Assembly (NCBI RefSeq): GCF_018350175.1
Contig: NC_058381.1
Coordinates: 15,872,001-15,936,000, forward strand
Direction: 5' to 3'
DNA: 64,000 bases
From: Felis catus
Taxonomy: Eukaryota
The notes beneath the pieces are model-generated. The model did no database searches. It had not been told where the DNA came from and saw only the letters and a list, made by a program, of their open reading frames with translations. The first letter of the stretch is position 1. The number at the start of each line of letters is the position of its first letter. Position numbers and translations under genes: made by a program. This document shows positions 53,512-64,000 of this stretch, in pieces.

Positions 53512-54689
53512 ATCCTCCTCTTTTTCATGTACAGGGATTCTTTACAGAAGTGGGAGGTCTATGTAACCTGTTTTTCTTTTTGTTCCACAAACTGAGGAGC
53601 ACCGAAGGTCCCTTTCCTCAGGGATACTTTCCTGCCGGAGTCTCTCAGGAAGACCCAGGGCGGAACAGCCGAGCTGCTCTCCTCCACCTACATGCTCTCT
53701 GGCCCCTGCGGCTCCATCAGTCAACATCTGACTGGAGCCGGTGCAATGTTCATGGTGCCAAATGGTTTTGCTCTTTCTTCTCTCCCTGATTTAAATTTGG
53801 AGAGCGAAGAAAAGGAGAAACACAAAGAAATTCTCACATACACTCAATCACCAAATCCTCTTAACTCTACCTCCTAAACAGCTCTCAAGTCCACCCACTT
53901 CTCTCCACCTCCCACAACCACCAGGTTAGGTAAGGAGTGGCCAGTCGCTTCCCATACCACCCTTTGAGCCAGTTGCCTCACTTCCAGCTTGGCTCCCTTC
54001 CAACCTGATCTCCGTGCTGCAGCCAGGCGGATTCTTGCACACCACACTGTGTCAGCCCCGCCGCTTAAAAATGGCTTCACTCTTTTTAGAATGTAGTCTG
54101 AACACCCTCACGTGATGCGGTCCCAGCTTACTTCTCCAGCCTCACATCTGCCCCTTCGTCTTCATGCACCTCACTCGACACAAACTGCGCTACTCACTGT
54201 CCCCTGACTGCCATGCTGCCTCTCACCTCCAGGCCTGCGCGCATGCTGAGACACAAGTCTCACTCTCCCACCCCGACCCCACTCACCGGCTCGGCTGTCA
54301 CTTCTGGAGAGATTTCCCTGCACTCTCACCTCTCTGGGAATAAGCTGGGAGTTCTTCCAAGGTGTTCCCACATCTGCCTGTCCTCATCCCAATCCTGGCA
54401 CTTATCACACTGCATTCTTTTGTCTCTTTACTTGTTTCCCCACAAGACAGGAAGCTCCTTAGGCCAGGGAACATGCTTCATTCTACTGTACCCCCAGGAC
54501 CTAACCAGGTACATGGCATACAGTAAGTCACAGTAAATATCTATTAAATGAATAAATTAGTGAAGGACATACAGAGTGAGAAAGAGAAAAACAAAGATAC
54601 TAGTATGTTACATCTGAACAGTCCTTTTCATTTACAAACCACTTTTATAGATAATTTGATCCTCCTAAAAATTCCACCTTGATATCACT

Positions 54690-54770
54690 ATTTTTTATTT
54701 ATTTTATTTTATTTTATTTTATTTTATTTTATTTTATTTTATTTTATTTTATTTTATTTTATTTTATTTT
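54690..54770. repeat. (ATTTT)n pentanucleotide repeat
   Basis: Direct reading; flanked by a 14-bp duplication. Confidence 0.95.
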
Positions 54771-55229
54771 TGATATCATTATTATTTTAACAGGAGTTAA
54801 CAGGTGTAGCAAGAGCAAATGACCAAAATAAACATCTAGCATGAGGCAGGTTTGCTTAGCAGAGAGTAAAAACTAGTGCCTCCTATCTTGCTGTGTATTT
54901 GGGCCCAGAGACATTATATCTACCATGAGTAACTGCTCAGTAAGAGGAAGATACTATAACTATTAGATGCACGGTAACTTGAATTCTTGCATGAAAGAAT
55001 GTAGCGCATGCAATGCCTTCTTCTCTTTCTCCTTAAAGCTTCTCATGTTTTTCTCTGACTAGCACTGGTTGTTAATAGTGCAGCTCAATCTTAACAGTTC
55101 GCAAGAGATAATTCTCTGGTTGGTGATCAGGACCTGACCAGACCCATGACGCTGGCTCTTCTACCTCTCAAGGTTCAGTCATTCCCCCAGAGTCGTCTTG
55201 TCTCTGTCAAAGCTGTTTCTAAGTCTTAA

Positions 55230-55845
55230 CTTTTTTTTTTTTTTTTTTAGCTTTTTTGTTTTCAATGTTTATTTATTTTTGAACGAGAGAGAGACAGAGC
55301 ATGAGCAGGGGAGGGGCAGAGACAGACAGGGAGACACAGAATCCAAAGCAGGCTGCAGGCTCCAAGCTGTCAGCACAGAACCCAATGCAGGGCTCGAACT
55401 CACAAATGGTGAGATCATGACCTGAGCCAAAGTCGGACACTCAACCAACTGAGCCACCCAGGTGCTGCTTAATTTTTTTTTTTAATGTTTATTTTTTGAG
55501 AGAGAAAGAAAGAGAGAGAGAGAGAGAGAGAACACATGGGGGAGGAGTAAAGAGAGGGAGACACAGAATCTGAAGCAGGCTCCAGGCTCTGAGCTGTCAG
55601 CACAGAGCCCAGTGCAGGGCTTCAACCCATAACCCTGGGATCATGACCTGAGCTGAAATCAAGAGTTGGATGCTCAACCAACTCTTGATTTTGTTTGGCT
55701 CAGGTCACGGTCTCACCTTTTGTGGGATCAAGCCCCACGTCAGGTTCTGTGCTGTTAGGGATTCTTGGGATTCTTTCTCCCCACTCCCTGCCCCTCCCCT
55801 GTTTGCACGCTCACTCTCAAAAAAAACAAAACAAAACAAAACCCC
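55230..55845. mobile_element. Three Can-SINEs: minus 55230-55465, minus 55472-55680, plus 55681-55845
   Basis: Second and third copies are fused head-to-head. Confidence 0.82.
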
Positions 55846-55968
55846 ATAAAACTAATCACTAACCTGCACCCAAAGGCCGTCAATTCAGCAGTCATCATAC
55901 CTAACATCGTATCAGGGATCTCAATAAAAGGCACAGCCAAAAATCTACTAGAATGAAATGACATTTAC

Positions 55969-56089
55969 CATGAAGTCATTGCCAAGCTTGTAGTGTCCGA
56001 TGCCATAATTGTAAGTCAGTTCTGCGACAAAATGATCATCCTCAGGTCCAAATCCCACCATTGTCTTACTCCATTTCCCATCATAAGGC
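55969..56089 (-). CDS. GLOD4: GLOD4 exon 3
   Basis: 121 nt, [40 protein letters not shown]. Confidence 0.95.
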
Positions 56090-56639
56090 CTAGAAAAATG
56101 AAAGTAAGTGAACCCAGTGACACAGACAAAATCTGCCTCAGGCCTCCCCTAAGGACTTCTTGGGACAGAGCAGTGGGCAGTCACCTCTGGTCCTCTAAGT
56201 ACCCATAAAGATGAGATGACCTGTCAGCTGGTGCTAAAAGCAGCAATGGACAGTGTGTGTGGGTCCCACCACAGAGGCTCCAAAGACCATCTGTCTGGCA
56301 CTTATTCGAGGGAAAGATTTGTTTACCTTTCTTTAAAGTAGAGGACAGACTCCTATAAAGATGCTTCTTCAACCTGATCTTTATTTTCATATATATCCAT
56401 CAACAAACATGCAATTCTCGTGAGGCTTGGAATTTTCCAGCTTGCTATGGCTACTGAGCTTAAAAGACCCTTGATAAAGTGTTGCTTCATTTAGAACATA
56501 CACTTACTTGTGTTCTTGAAGTTGCCACCTTAATTTATTGTCTCCTGAATTTATCCCACTGCCTTATACTCACTTTGAGAAACTGTCTTCTCTTCTCCAG
56601 GAGTATTTAGAGCCTAAATGAGATTTTAAGAAACAAGGG

Positions 56640-56850
56640 GTCGGGCACCTGCGTGGCTCAATCAGTTAAGTGTCAGACTTTGGCTCAAGTCATGATCTCA
56701 CGGTTCGTGAGTTCAAGCCCTGCATCGGGCTCTGTGCTGACAGCTCAGAGCCTGGAGTCAGCTTTGGATTCTGTGTGTCCCTCTCTCTCTGCCCCTCGCC
56801 TGCTTGCACTCTGTCTCTCTCAAAAATAAAAAAAAATAAAATATATAAAT
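56640..56850 (+). mobile_element. Can-SINE close to the GLOD4 exon 2 donor
   Basis: AGAAACAAGG duplicated on both sides. Confidence 0.85.
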
Positions 56851-56889
56851 AAACACAACATAGATAACATTAGAAACAAGGTGTCATAC

Positions 56890-56939
56890 CCATTACAGGC
56901 AGCTTTGCAGCCCTCTTCAAATTCCTCATGCCGCAGAAT
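56890..56939 (-). CDS. GLOD4: GLOD4 exon 2
   Basis: 50 nt, ILRHEEFEEGCKAACN(G). Confidence 0.94.
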
Positions 56940-58807
56940 CTAGTAAGGAAATTACAATAAATTGTCAAGTGTTACCAGTACTGTATACAGCATATTTAGC
57001 ACAACTTAAAATGTTAAAACACAAACATTTATAACTTATATATAATAACATATAAGCTTTACTTGTAAGACAAAGATAATGAGTTTATATCTTGCCCAGA
57101 CTAGAAGTAGTAGAGGTAAGGAAGAACAGTTTGACACCAAGGGTGAGACAACCAAAGCTGTGAAATCTACTTACACTGGGAAGCAGTGCTGTGTAGTTAA
57201 AACAACAACAACAACAAAATCCCCCAAAAACCAAAGTTTGGCCTTCAGCATTAGAGAATTCTGATTTGGAATTCTGGATGTCACTCAATAGTTGTGTAAC
57301 TCTGAGAATGTTGCTTAGGGTCTGAGTCTCCCAATGTGTTGTGAAAATAGATAATTTATTAGACCATTTGACACAGAACCCCACAGACAGTAGGCTCTCA
57401 ATGTCTTAGTTTCTACTCTCCTTTTTGATTCCCACTGCTACTGCTCCAGTTCAAGTTCCCATCAGTTCTCTCCTAGACTATTAAAAATCATCTTCATTGA
57501 TCTTTTTCCTTAATACCACCACAAAATTATGTGCCTAATGCACAGCTCTGATCACATCATTACCCCCTTCTAAAATGTAAGACAGCTCCCAAATTACTGT
57601 GCCATAAAATCCAAATTTCTTAGTATTCAAGATACTATCAGAAGTGTCCTGATATCCCATCTCAACTTCATCTAAGTAATCTAAGCTAAAGACACAGAAA
57701 ACTAGCAGTGTTTCCCAAACATAACTTATCTTTGCATTGGCTCTTCAACTTTTCTAGTATACTCCTCCCTCTAATCTTGGTTTGTGGAAATCTTAGCTAT
57801 CTTTAGAGATCAACTCAAACACAAGGTCTCCATGAATTATTTCCTGATGACCCAGCCCAAAGTTAAATCTCTACTGTCGTATTTTTGTAATAGTAGCAGC
57901 AAACACTTATATAGCACATACGATGTATCAAATACTACACATATAACAGTATTTAATTTTCATAACAACCTTTAATCAATGAGGAAACATGTTAAAGGAG
58001 AGTTTTGTGGTTTTCCATCACTTACCAAGTTTTGACTTCCATTACTGTACTATGTACAATGTACTACGTACAAATCCAATTCTCAACTCCACCCCCAACC
58101 TAGGCCAGGAGCTTTAGTTGAAGACAGATACTAGGGTCATTTTCATTTTTGTCACCAAAGTTCAACACACGACCATGAAACACGGAGGATGTATTTTAAA
58201 TGACTGATGAATTCAGGTAACGCCCTTGCACTCCACGACTTCTGCACTGTCTCTGCATTAAATTGCACTCTTGCACCTCTAAAGCCCTTGCTTACACTCC
58301 CCAATAGCTTCCACCAGCATTTGCCACCCAGGTGATCCCTGTAGATGGCAGCTGCTCAGGGCTGGAGAGGGCGCTTCCGGGTGTTGGAAAGAATGGGTTC
58401 TGACTTAGGGCAGGCGCTTTTGAATACACAAAAGGGACTATTCAAAGCAGCCCTGAGAGAAGCAAAGCCCTAAATAGGCAATCTAAACCTTAAGGCTCCA
58501 AACCGGAAGAGACTGAGTTGTTTACTGGAAAAGTATTATATTACTTTTTGTTTACTGTCTTTCCCCCAGGCTGGAAGCCCCAGGAGGGCTGAGGCTCAAT
58601 ACCTGCAAATGAACTAGGAAAGAAACGTGTGTGGGCACACAGTCGAGGACTAATAAAGGTCCCTTTCAAAGTCATCTAACCCAACCAATGACATGCAACA
58701 CTTCCCGAAGCTGAAAACTCGACAAGGCTAAAAAGAGTCCAAGGCTAAGGTCGGACACCCATTTGTCCCCACCATCGTGTGCCAGCCCCTCCAGGCCCTG
58801 TCTGCAC

Positions 58808-58897
58808 CTTCATTCCAAGCACATCGCGAAAGAAATGCGTCGTCTGGAAGCGGTTTCCCACTTTGAATACGAAGTGCAAAGCTCGACGAGAAGCCAT
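58808..58897 (-). CDS. GLOD4: GLOD4 (glyoxalase domain-containing 4) coding exon 1
   Basis: 90 nt, [30 protein letters not shown]; AAG|GTGCAG donor. Confidence 0.95.
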
Positions 58898-59020
58898 ACC
58901 CACCGGCGCCACTCCCATCAGGCGTACAGTGCTGCCCGCCGGCAGCTGCGCAGACGGGTCGGTGACGTCACTGGCAGCCGCCGGCGCGCTTCCATGACGC
59001 AACCCACGGGGCGAGGGAAG
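58898..59020. promoter_or_regulatory. GLOD4/MRM3 bidirectional promoter with a full CRE (TGACGTCA, 58963-58970)
   Basis: Only 123 bp between the divergent ATGs; CpG-rich. Confidence 0.85.
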
Positions 59021-59334
59021 ATGGCAGCGCGGTTGAGGGGTTTAGTTTGGGCCAGCCGGCCGCTGCTGCCGGTGGTCCAAACTTGGGAGCTCCACGCGCG
59101 GCGCTGGGTCCGGGCGCTGCGGCGGAGCCCCGTGAGAGTGGTGTCTCCATCCGGACAGGTGGTGGAACGGAAGCCCGGTCCTGGGAAGCAGCCCCGTAGA
59201 GCGGCGGCTGAGACCGGTCCCCACGAGCCGCGACGGAAGCCGTCGCTTCAGGTGCCTCCATCCCAGAAGCCCTGCACCTGGGAAGATTCGGGGCTTCGCT
59301 ATGATAAGGCTTTACCCGGAGACAGAAGGCTGAG
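59021..59334 (+). CDS. MRM3: MRM3 (RNMTL1, mitochondrial rRNA methyltransferase 3) coding exon 1
   Basis: 314 nt, [16 protein letters not shown]... Arg-rich mitochondrial targeting-like N-terminus ...[13 protein letters not shown]; GTGACT donor. Confidence 0.93.
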
Positions 59335-59592
59335 GTGACTTGTTCCTGTGACTTGTCATGTATTCCCGTTTCTCTTCCCATTTCTCTTCCCGCCTGCCAA
59401 CCTCTTTCCTCCTTTTGGAGGACTTCTTCCACCAGAATCCATTGGTTTTTATAATGCATGGAGGGCAGAATAAGTGTTTTCCTTGGAATTCATTTGTTAA
59501 TGTCTATGAAGTTCTTTCTGTTTGTTAAAACTAGGTGTGTCTCGGTAACAAGGATGCTGGTAATTAACCCGTCTTTTTGTTTCCACCCACAG

Positions 59593-59837
59593 CAGTGTAA
59601 TGACAATTGTTAAGTCCAGGCCATTTCGGGAAAAGCACGGGAAGATCCTGCTGGAAGGTCGCAGGCTGATTGCAGATGCTCTCAAGGCTGGTGCTGTACC
59701 GAAAATTTTCTTCTTTAGCCGTCTGGAATACCTAAAGGAGCTGCCCATTGATAAGCTGAAAGGTGTCAGCCTCATTAAGGTGAAATTTGAAGATATCAAG
59801 GATTGGTCCGACCTAGTAACACCACAAGGAATAATGG
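59593..59837 (+). CDS. MRM3: MRM3 exon 2
   Basis: 245 nt, SVMTIVKSRPFREKHGKILLEGRRLI...SDLVTPQGIM (SpoU substrate-binding domain). Confidence 0.94.
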
Positions 59838-60327
59838 GTCAGTGGTTACAGCATGTCACCAGAAGTAGAGACCTAGGATCATTTGTTCATAATTATCTTA
59901 AGGCAGCAAATTTTACTTAAATTCAAAATGTTATTGCCTAACCTTTTCTTGAGACACCCAGAAAAACACAGTTCTCAAATCTGTGCATCTTGTAGTATTT
60001 TCAGTGGAAGCTGAAGCCAGTTTTTTTGGTCATCGTTTGAATTATAATTCTTGAATATTATATATTCTCCTTGAATGTTACATATTTTTAGGTCACTTCT
60101 TCAACCAATAATGTCCAACTAAAATTTAAGAAAATGTTTACTAAAAGATTTAGGCCTCTATTTGCACAAGACCACTGCCAGTGTGGTGATAACCTTTCTG
60201 TTGTTGACCCCCTTATTCTAGAAGCAGGTGTAAGCAGTAAGCTGCAAGCTGTTACCCTGTTTAGCCCATTGAACAGGAAACTGTGTCTTCCTTTGGTTGA
60301 CTCTGACTTAAGATTCTTTTTTTCAAG

Positions 60328-60908
60328 TTTTTTTTTTTTTTTTTTTTTTTTAATGTTTGTTTATTCTCTAGAGAGAGAGAGACTAGGGGAGGGGCAAAGG
60401 GAAAGGGAGACACAGAATCCAAAGCAGAGTCCAGGCTCTGAGCTGTCAGCACAGATCCTGATATGGGGCTCAAACCCACGAACTGTGAGATTGTGACCTG
60501 AGCTGGATGGAGTTGGACACTTTAACTGACTGAACCACCCAGGCTCCTCTAACTTAAGATTCTAATAGATGGTGGTGTCTGTTAGCACTTAGAAAGTCTT
60601 TTTTCTAAAAATTAAAAAAAAAAAAAAAAGGAAAAAGAAAGCCTTTTTTCTGAATATGGGAAGTCTAAATATATCTTTTTTTTTTTTTTTTAATTTATTT
60701 TCAACGTTCTTTATTTTATTTTTGGGACAGAGAGAGACAGAGCATGAACGGGGGAGGGGCAGAGAGAGAGGGAGACACAGAATCGGAAACAGGCTCCAGG
60801 CTCTGAGCCATCAGCCCAGACCCTGACGCGGGGCTCGAACTCACGGACCGCGAGATCGTGACCTGGCTGAAGTCGGACGCTTAACCGACTGCGCCACCCA
60901 GGCGCCCC
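60328..60908 (-). mobile_element. Two antisense Can-SINEs (60328-60548; young SINEC_Fc1-like 60677-60908)
   Basis: Second copy is CpG-intact with TSD TAAATATATCTTTTT. Confidence 0.88.
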
Positions 60909-61583
60909 TAAATATATCTTTTTGACATTGGAATTATATTTTTGATCTGAGAATTGAATGGCAGTAAATGTAGAGGTTTCTCTTGGATAGTAAGGGACAG
61001 CTGGGGTAGGAGAAGTTATCTTCCAAGATTCTAATGTTTAGGCCAGGGTCTGTCATACCAGTTGTGCATGTGTTTTCCTGTAGTGGGTAAAGTGCAGCTG
61101 TTAGTTGGGAGAGGAAATTTGGGGACTGTCTCTTATTCTGTAACCCATCAAGTCCTAGGGACCTGTGACCCTACACACAGAACTCTCCCCTAGAGTGGGG
61201 ATTTGGACTGCTAAAGTCCTCCACCCTAAGTATCCGTGCTCTTGTTAGCTATACTTCTAATTCCCTTCTCTATGCTACAGTACAAGTATCATTCATTTTT
61301 ATCCTGCTGGCCACTTGGGGCACATGTGTTGATAGCGGCTAGCCCATCCTGGACTTCTGTAGCCCTCCTCGTCGTCATGACTGCCTTTCACCGTTTTGTG
61401 TCTTTTAAAAATATATGTTATTTAGCTTACCCTTTTATTTCATATTTGAGAGGTGGAGTAAAGGGAGAAGGAGATAAGACTGTCAGGCTTCTGGCACATC
61501 TCTGAATCCAGTAATGTAAGTAGGGCCTCTAGCAGAGTGTTCTCGTCACTGCAGCTGTCCAGGTAGAAGTTAAAGGACTTCAA

Positions 61584-61790
61584 GGGGTGCCTGGGTGGCT
61601 CGGTCGGTTAAGCGTCTGACTTTGGCTCAGGTCATGACCTTGTGGTTCATGGGTTCCAGTTCCATGTCAGGCTCTGTGCTGAAAGCCTGGAGCCTGCTTC
61701 CGATTCTGTGTATCCCTCTCTCTCTCTGCTCCTCCCCTGCTTGTACTCTTGTCTCTTTCTTCCAAAAAAAAAAAAAAAATTAACAAGAAA
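61584..61790 (+). mobile_element. Can-SINE
   Basis: TSD AGAAGTTAAAGGACTTC. Confidence 0.88.
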
Positions 61791-62637
61791 AGAAGTTAAA
61801 GGACTTCTAAGGTCCCCTGCTGTTGTGACTCTTAGGTGCAGGATCTTTTTACCACATACAGATACCTAATAGGGAAACCATTCCCTTCCCTTCATTGATG
61901 GGTTAGGTATAGGTCTGTATTCTTGGTGTGAATAAATTGGAATAGCCTTTGGGGAGGACAGTTTAGCAGTATCTGTTAAGAGTGCTTGAGTCACCTGGCT
62001 GGCTCACTCGGGGGAACATGTGACTCTTGATCTCGGGCCATGAGTTTGAGCCCCATGTGGGGGGTGGAGATTACTTAAATATTAAAAAAAAAAAAAAATG
62101 CACACACCATATATTAATTTTACTTGCAAGTGTTTTTCATAGAGAAAAGTTTGGACATATGCATAGAGAGGTATACAGGGATGTTCACTGCAGGGTTGTT
62201 TATAACAGGGAAAGTGGAAAATAATCAAATTGTCAGTTGGGGAAGAACTAAATAAAGGTGGTATGTTCATGTTACAAAATAACATGCAACAGTTAAAATC
62301 AGGTAACTCCAAATGTATTGACAGTTTACAGGATAACACATAGAGTATGAATTTTGTATGTGAAAGAAAAAAAGCACCTGTATATGGGTAGACATTTATA
62401 TATGTACGTAGATGCATGGAACAGGTTCTGAAGGGATCTATACACCCCCAAGATTGAAAACAGTTACGGGGAGGAGGTGTCACGGGCAGGACTTTTTGTA
62501 TCAATTTTTTTCAATCAGAATGTATTCATGTAGTACTTACATGACTAAGAACACAGAAAGATTGATAAATATCTGAAAAGCCAAATTATCTCCCAGGTTC
62601 AAATCAGACAAGTGAACCGCCTGTTTTGTTTCCTCAG

Positions 62638-62805
62638 GGATCTTTGCCAAACCCGACCATGTTAAGATGACATACCCAGAGACTCAACTTCGCCATTTGC
62701 TGCCCTTATTGTTGATTTGTGACAATCTCCGTGACCCTGGGAACCTGGGGACGATTCTGAGATCTGCTGCTGGGGCAGGCTGCAGCAAAGTATTACTCAC
62801 CAAAG
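62638..62805 (+). CDS. MRM3: MRM3 exon 3; remaining exon(s) beyond right edge
   Basis: 168 nt, IFAKPDH...LLICDNLRDPGNLGTILRSAAGAG (SpoU/TrmH motif 1). Confidence 0.95.
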
Positions 62806-62859
62806 GTCAGAGCACTTGTTTCTGAGTGGATTGGTTGGCCATTTGTAAGTGAGCTGGCT

Positions 62860-63070
62860 CTGTGGGCAGACATACATGGATTTGAATTTTGGGTCTGCCT
62901 CTTATTAGCCATTTGTCTGTGAGCAGTATTCTGAGTGTCATTTCCCTCATCTGTAAAGTGGGCATAACAGAATCTACCTGGTAGGGTTGTTCTGAGAAGT
63001 GAGATGGTGCACATGAAGTACTTAGCACTCTGCTTGGCACACGTTAGGTACTTCAGGAAATGTCAGTTAT
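62860..63070 (+). mobile_element. MIR
   Basis: TTTCCCTCATCTGTAAAGTGGG core. Confidence 0.75.
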
Positions 63071-64000
63071 CTTTTAAGATTATTTTGACACCGGCTAGGT
63101 TATTAAAGAACTTAAAATCAGGGAAAGAAATACATGCCAGTTTTAACACTTCGAGTCCTTTATTTAATGATCTTGAGTTCCCAAATTGGGGGGCATATGA
63201 AGCCTTCCTAACTGAAGACATTCTGAATCCTGTAAAAGGAGTGTGAATATGAAATTGGGATGCATTTGCCTTAGCCTTAAGATGGGTCAGACATCCCCAC
63301 ACAAGTTAGCCTCTGAGATTTCTCTCTCCTGTCCTCAGAAATTGGGATGAGTAGGCTTGGTTCTAAACAGACTTGCCTAACAGCTGGGACACACCTAAAA
63401 CACCTATTACAACTTGCAGGGATGGTGAGAGGGAGAGAGTTCATCGAAAACACTCCAGCTGTCATTCACTGTAAACTAATGACACCTGCTGCTGAGACTT
63501 GCCTCAGTTGCTCCTTTCACCCCTTCGTCCCAGTCACATGTTGTTGGAATAGATGGGAGCAGATGTAGAGATGGCAGCATGAGAGCTAGGTACCGGGGTT
63601 CCATCATCAGTACCCCGCCTACCCACCCCATTGTTGAGATCTCTGAGAGCTGGTGTGGTTTTGGAGATGTACCTATATAATCCAAGTGGTGTGTTTGCCA
63701 CATTCATGGTGGTGGCTGGTGTATAGGACAAGGGGAAGGAGTAGGGAGCACTTGGCGTGGTGCCCAGTATGGAGGATGTGAGGATGAGGGGGGAAATCCC
63801 ACTTTGTTCCTTACTCCCCACCAGGGAGAGGGGTCAGACTGGATGGCTCCCCTCATGAGTCTCGGCCCTCTTTTGTCCTCCCCGTTTTGCCTGCAGCCTC
63901 TTGACACACAGCCCAACTCTTCTCTCCAGTTCCCTGCAGTGATGGGGAAAGTCTGTGGTTGGCAGTCGGCGTGGGCAGTGTTACATTCTCTGTGTCTTAT

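Overview
Mammalian genomic DNA, almost certainly a felid (dense SINEC_Fc-type Can-SINEs and felid-type L1 3' ends). It is syntenic to human 17p13.3. Gene order: VPS53 (exons 1-2, minus, runs off the left edge), a ~13 kb intergenic region, TLCD3A/FAM57A (5 coding exons, plus, 258 aa, with a GC-AG intron 4), GEMIN4 (minus, 10-nt + 3167-nt coding exons, 1058 aa), DBIL5/ELP (plus, intact 87-aa ACBP-family ORF; a pseudogene in human), GLOD4 (minus, 9 exons, 298 aa) and MRM3 (plus, exons 1-3, runs off the right edge). There are four CpG-island promoters; two are head-to-head (GEMIN4/DBIL5 and GLOD4/MRM3). Exon boundaries were read by hand and join in frame. The least explained feature is a series of exon-like minus-strand segments between TLCD3A and VPS53. 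They have splice signals and nearly open frames, suggesting a decayed multi-exon gene; by eye only, they resemble a kinesin motor in colinear order. No alignment was run, so this is a hypothesis. The window has three N gaps and no prokaryotic systems or CRISPR arrays.
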